Source: Ophelia neglecta
Lineage: Eukaryota
Assembly (NCBI GenBank): GCA_965285935.1
Contig: OZ260664.1
Span: 56,792,001-56,856,000 of the forward strand
DNA: 64,000 bases
Direction: 5' to 3'
Under the pieces are notes generated by a model. It had not been told where the DNA came from. It ran no database searches and saw only the letters and a program-made list of their open reading frames with translations. The position numbers and the translations under genes were made by a program. Shown here in pieces: positions 61,070 through 64,000 of this stretch. Within the stretch, counting starts at the first letter, position 1; the number at the start of each line of letters is the position of its first letter.

Positions 61070-63859
61070 GGGCAGCATCTTTGGCGGCGTGTTTCATATT
61101 TTCTTGAAACTTCTCAGGGTCAAATGTTCCATCTGCTGGTTTTCCGCAGGAAATACAGCACGAGAACTAATTGCACCATGCTGACTTAAGGCACGGTTTT
61201 CTGCGACATGGTATTCTTCTACACTGTGAAATTTTGAATCTCCTTCAGCGTAAGAGATGGTCTTCAATTTGTCCATGTCTAACAGTAAACGTAATGTGAC
61301 AAGAAGAAACTGTGTTAGGCCAAAACGAGGTCGTTCATCGCCCCCTCCATCAACAGTCAGAAGTAGTTGATACACTAAGCTACCATCAGTCGATGAAAAA
61401 AGGTTTGTAAGATGCATCCAGTGAAATAACGTACATTAATTCATTGAAATGTCTAAATGCACCTTCTTTCTGAAAATAGCTGGCTTTCACAAGAGTAACT
61501 GCAGGACCAGACGTCCTAGAGGATGAGATATTTAGGTGGCCTAGTTGTGAGAGCAATTCTGGATCGTCTAGTACAACTTTCCTCTGTATCAGTTGATAGG
61601 TTGACAGACATAATGTGCGATTAGGGTCTTTGGACCAATCATGGTCTTCATACTGGACTCGGACCCAAGACTTGCTTGGCCTTTGAACAATTTGCACATC
61701 TGTGTATACCAGGGCCTTATTATCCCTAGCCACCATTCCTGTGTCCGGATGCCACATCCCTTCAAGGGTGTATCTAACACCTGCTTTGGCAAAGTGACTG
61801 TTTACTGAAATTTTCTTTTGGCCATCACGTGTGGACCTTCTGAGGCTGATGTTTGGATTTTTATTTTTCCCATCATGGTGTCTCTTGGCTTGATAGGAAC
61901 CTTTTTCGTAGTTCTGGGTGTAGGTATATGCAGCAGAGATTGACAGGTCTATGCCAAAAACCCGCATCATAATAGAGACACATCTGGGTATATCCATCCA
62001 GTCTTTCTGCTCAATGAATAGTGTATCACATATGAGCCTTGGGTGCTGACTGAAACCACATCCAGTGGAGTCGAATAGTGAAAACATTATAGCTGTAAGT
62101 TCCGGGTACTTCTCAATCAAATATGGCCTACCAGATCCACTTATTCGCATTGTCATGGCCTTTTTCTGTTTTTCAACCTTGAAATTAGACACTCCTGCAT
62201 CTTTCAGTTCTTCATAACGACTAAGCATGACTTGGGTACTATGAATGGCATTTTTAACACACCCATCATCAAATGTCATTCCTAGTTTCCCTGATGATAA
62301 AGCATGGACTGACGTCAACTTGGCCAGGATAGTTTTAATCAGGTGGCGATCTTTGGCTGTAGATGCAAATTGTAGAGCTTCTCTGGTAAAGTTACCCAGT
62401 CGTTCCGCAACTATTTTGTTTACCATCTCGTGCCGCAAGGGCCACTTAATTGTCTCTGCTAGTTGTGTCCAATCTACTGTCCCTTTTCTCATGATTTATG
62501 CTTGATGCTCACCATACACAAGAAGAAGGGGCAAATGCCTTAAAAATAGGTCACGAGCATCGCTGGATTTATATTTATAGGTTGGCAACTTCAAGTTTTG
62601 TTTCTGTTTATTTACATATTTAATTTCTTCTAATGAACATGTGGCAAATATTGCATATGCGTCTCTCAAGGTGGGAGAAGTTTCCGTATCCACTAGTTCA
62701 GCCGCCTTCAGCAAGGCGTATGCCCGGATTCTAGTTAGTATATGTAGTTTCATGTTATTAACATTCTTAACAAGTTGAGCAGTTGCTTCCTCCCAAGACT
62801 TGTTACAGAGGTCAGTATCATAAAAAATTGAGTTCTTGTTTGCCAATCCTCGCTGCACTGATCGTCTTGTTTTGTCATTCCACACAGCTGTTTTGTACTT
62901 CATTAGATCCCCGGTCCTATGCCTCTCTGCTGTGTTATCTACTGTTATGTCTGTTCCCATTTCTGTTGCACTATGCCTCTCTGCTGTGTTGTCCACTGTT
63001 ATGTCTGTTCCCATTTTTGTTGCGCTATGCGTCTCCACTGTGTTGTCTACTGATATGTCTGTTCCCATTTTTGTTGCGCTATGCGTCTCCACTGTGTTGT
63101 CTACTGATATGTCTGTTCCCATTTTTGTTGCGCTATGCGTCTCCACTGTGTTATCTATTGTTATGTCTGTTACCATTTCTGTTACGCTATGCCTCTCTGC
63201 TGTGTTGTCCACTGTTATGTCTGTTCCCATTTCTGTTGCGCTATGCGTCTCCACTGTGTTATCTACTGTTATGTCTGTTCCCATTTCTGTTGCACTATGC
63301 CTCTCTGCTGTGTTGTCCACTGTTATGTCTGTTCCCATTTTTGTTGCGCTATGCGTCTCCACTGTGTTATCTATTGTTATGTCTGTTACCATGTGTTGTC
63401 CACTGTTATGTCTGTTCCAATTTTGTTGCGCTATGCGTCTCCACTGTGTTGTCTACTGATATGTCTGTTCCCATTTTTGTTGCGCTATGCGCCTCCACTG
63501 TGTTATCTATTGTTATGTCTGTTACCATTTCTGTTGCGCTATGCCTCTCTGCTGTGTTGTCCACTGTTATGTCTGTTCCCATTTCTGTTGCGCTATGCGT
63601 CTCCACTGTGTTATCTACTGTTATGTCTGTTCCCATTTCTGTTGCACTATGCCTCTCTGCTGTGTTGTCCACTGTTATGTCTGTTCCCATTTTTGTTGCG
63701 CTATGCGTCTCCACTGTGTTGTCTACTGATATGTCTGTTCCCATTTCTGTTGCGCTATGCATTTCTCTCTCTGCTGTGTGGTCCACTCTAATATCTGTTC
63801 CTGGCTCTGTTGCGCTGTGTCTGTCCCTCAGCTTTGGTGTCTTTTGCCATTGTTGTATC
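61070..63859 (-). pseudogene. Decayed DDE transposase gene (Zator/TP36-like) with an N-terminal 18-aa tandem repeat; probably continues past the window edge
   Basis: ORFs 63406-63786, 62496-63392, 61386-62492 and 61094-61417 form one reading path broken by an in-frame TAA (62496-62498) and frameshifts (about 63830, 63400, 61390 and 61140). Motifs in order: GRPYLIEKYPEL, QAKRH, ARDNKALV, EDHDW, SGPAVTLVK, VDGGGDERPR, AEGDSKFHSVE, DGTFDPEKFQENM. The superfamily call is from memory of motif order. Confidence 0.6.
62917..63822 (-). repeat. 54-bp coding minisatellite (MGTDITVDNTAERHSATE / MGTDISVDNTVETHSATK), about 16 copies
   Basis: Visible directly in the DNA and in the ORF translations. Two unit variants alternate, and a truncated unit near 63392-63406 shifts the frame. 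Confidence 0.97.
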
Positions 63860-64000
63860 CTGAATGTTCCAGGAAAGGAACACTACCTCTCCAATATATA
63901 TGTTGACAGCACGCAGGGAATTTGCCATATCATTAATGATGTAGTTAGCCAACTGCTTAAAGGTATCTGTTATTCTTATCATAAACAGTGCTTTACCTTT

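Noticed and set aside
62496-62498. In-frame stop in the transposase as programmed readthrough or selenocysteine
   Set aside because: The codon is TAA, and the same gene has several frameshifts, so ordinary decay is the simpler explanation.
62836-63791. Cys-rich or hydrophobic plus-strand ORFs (207, 218 and 80 aa)
   Set aside because: They are antisense translations of the 54-bp minisatellite.

Overview
AT-rich, intron-rich animal genomic DNA, most likely an invertebrate bilaterian (possibly lophotrochozoan; the taxon cannot be fixed from this window). Six spliced genes could be assembled by hand with frame-consistent exon chains: an ABCB1/P-glycoprotein-type transporter (+, 26 exons, one GC-AG intron), TTC29 (-), SUPT7L (+), SQSTM1/p62 (-), SREBP (+, carrying an intact intronic miR-33), and an uncharacterised TPR-like protein ending in an HPD J-domain-like motif (-). 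There is also an intronless orphan ORF with a thrice-repeated motif. The most notable arrangement is p62 and SREBP/miR-33 head-to-head, with start codons about 550 bp apart and E-box/CLEAR-, SRE-, NF-Y- and FoxO-type motifs between them. A CpG-depletion boundary runs through the middle of the ABCB1 gene. The last 12 kb is accessory DNA: LINE fragments, nested MITEs, tandem-repeat blocks bracketed by splice signals, and a decayed, apparently spliced DDE transposase (Zator/TP36-like) fused to an 18-aa tandem repeat. Family assignments come from recognising motifs by eye; no database search was run.
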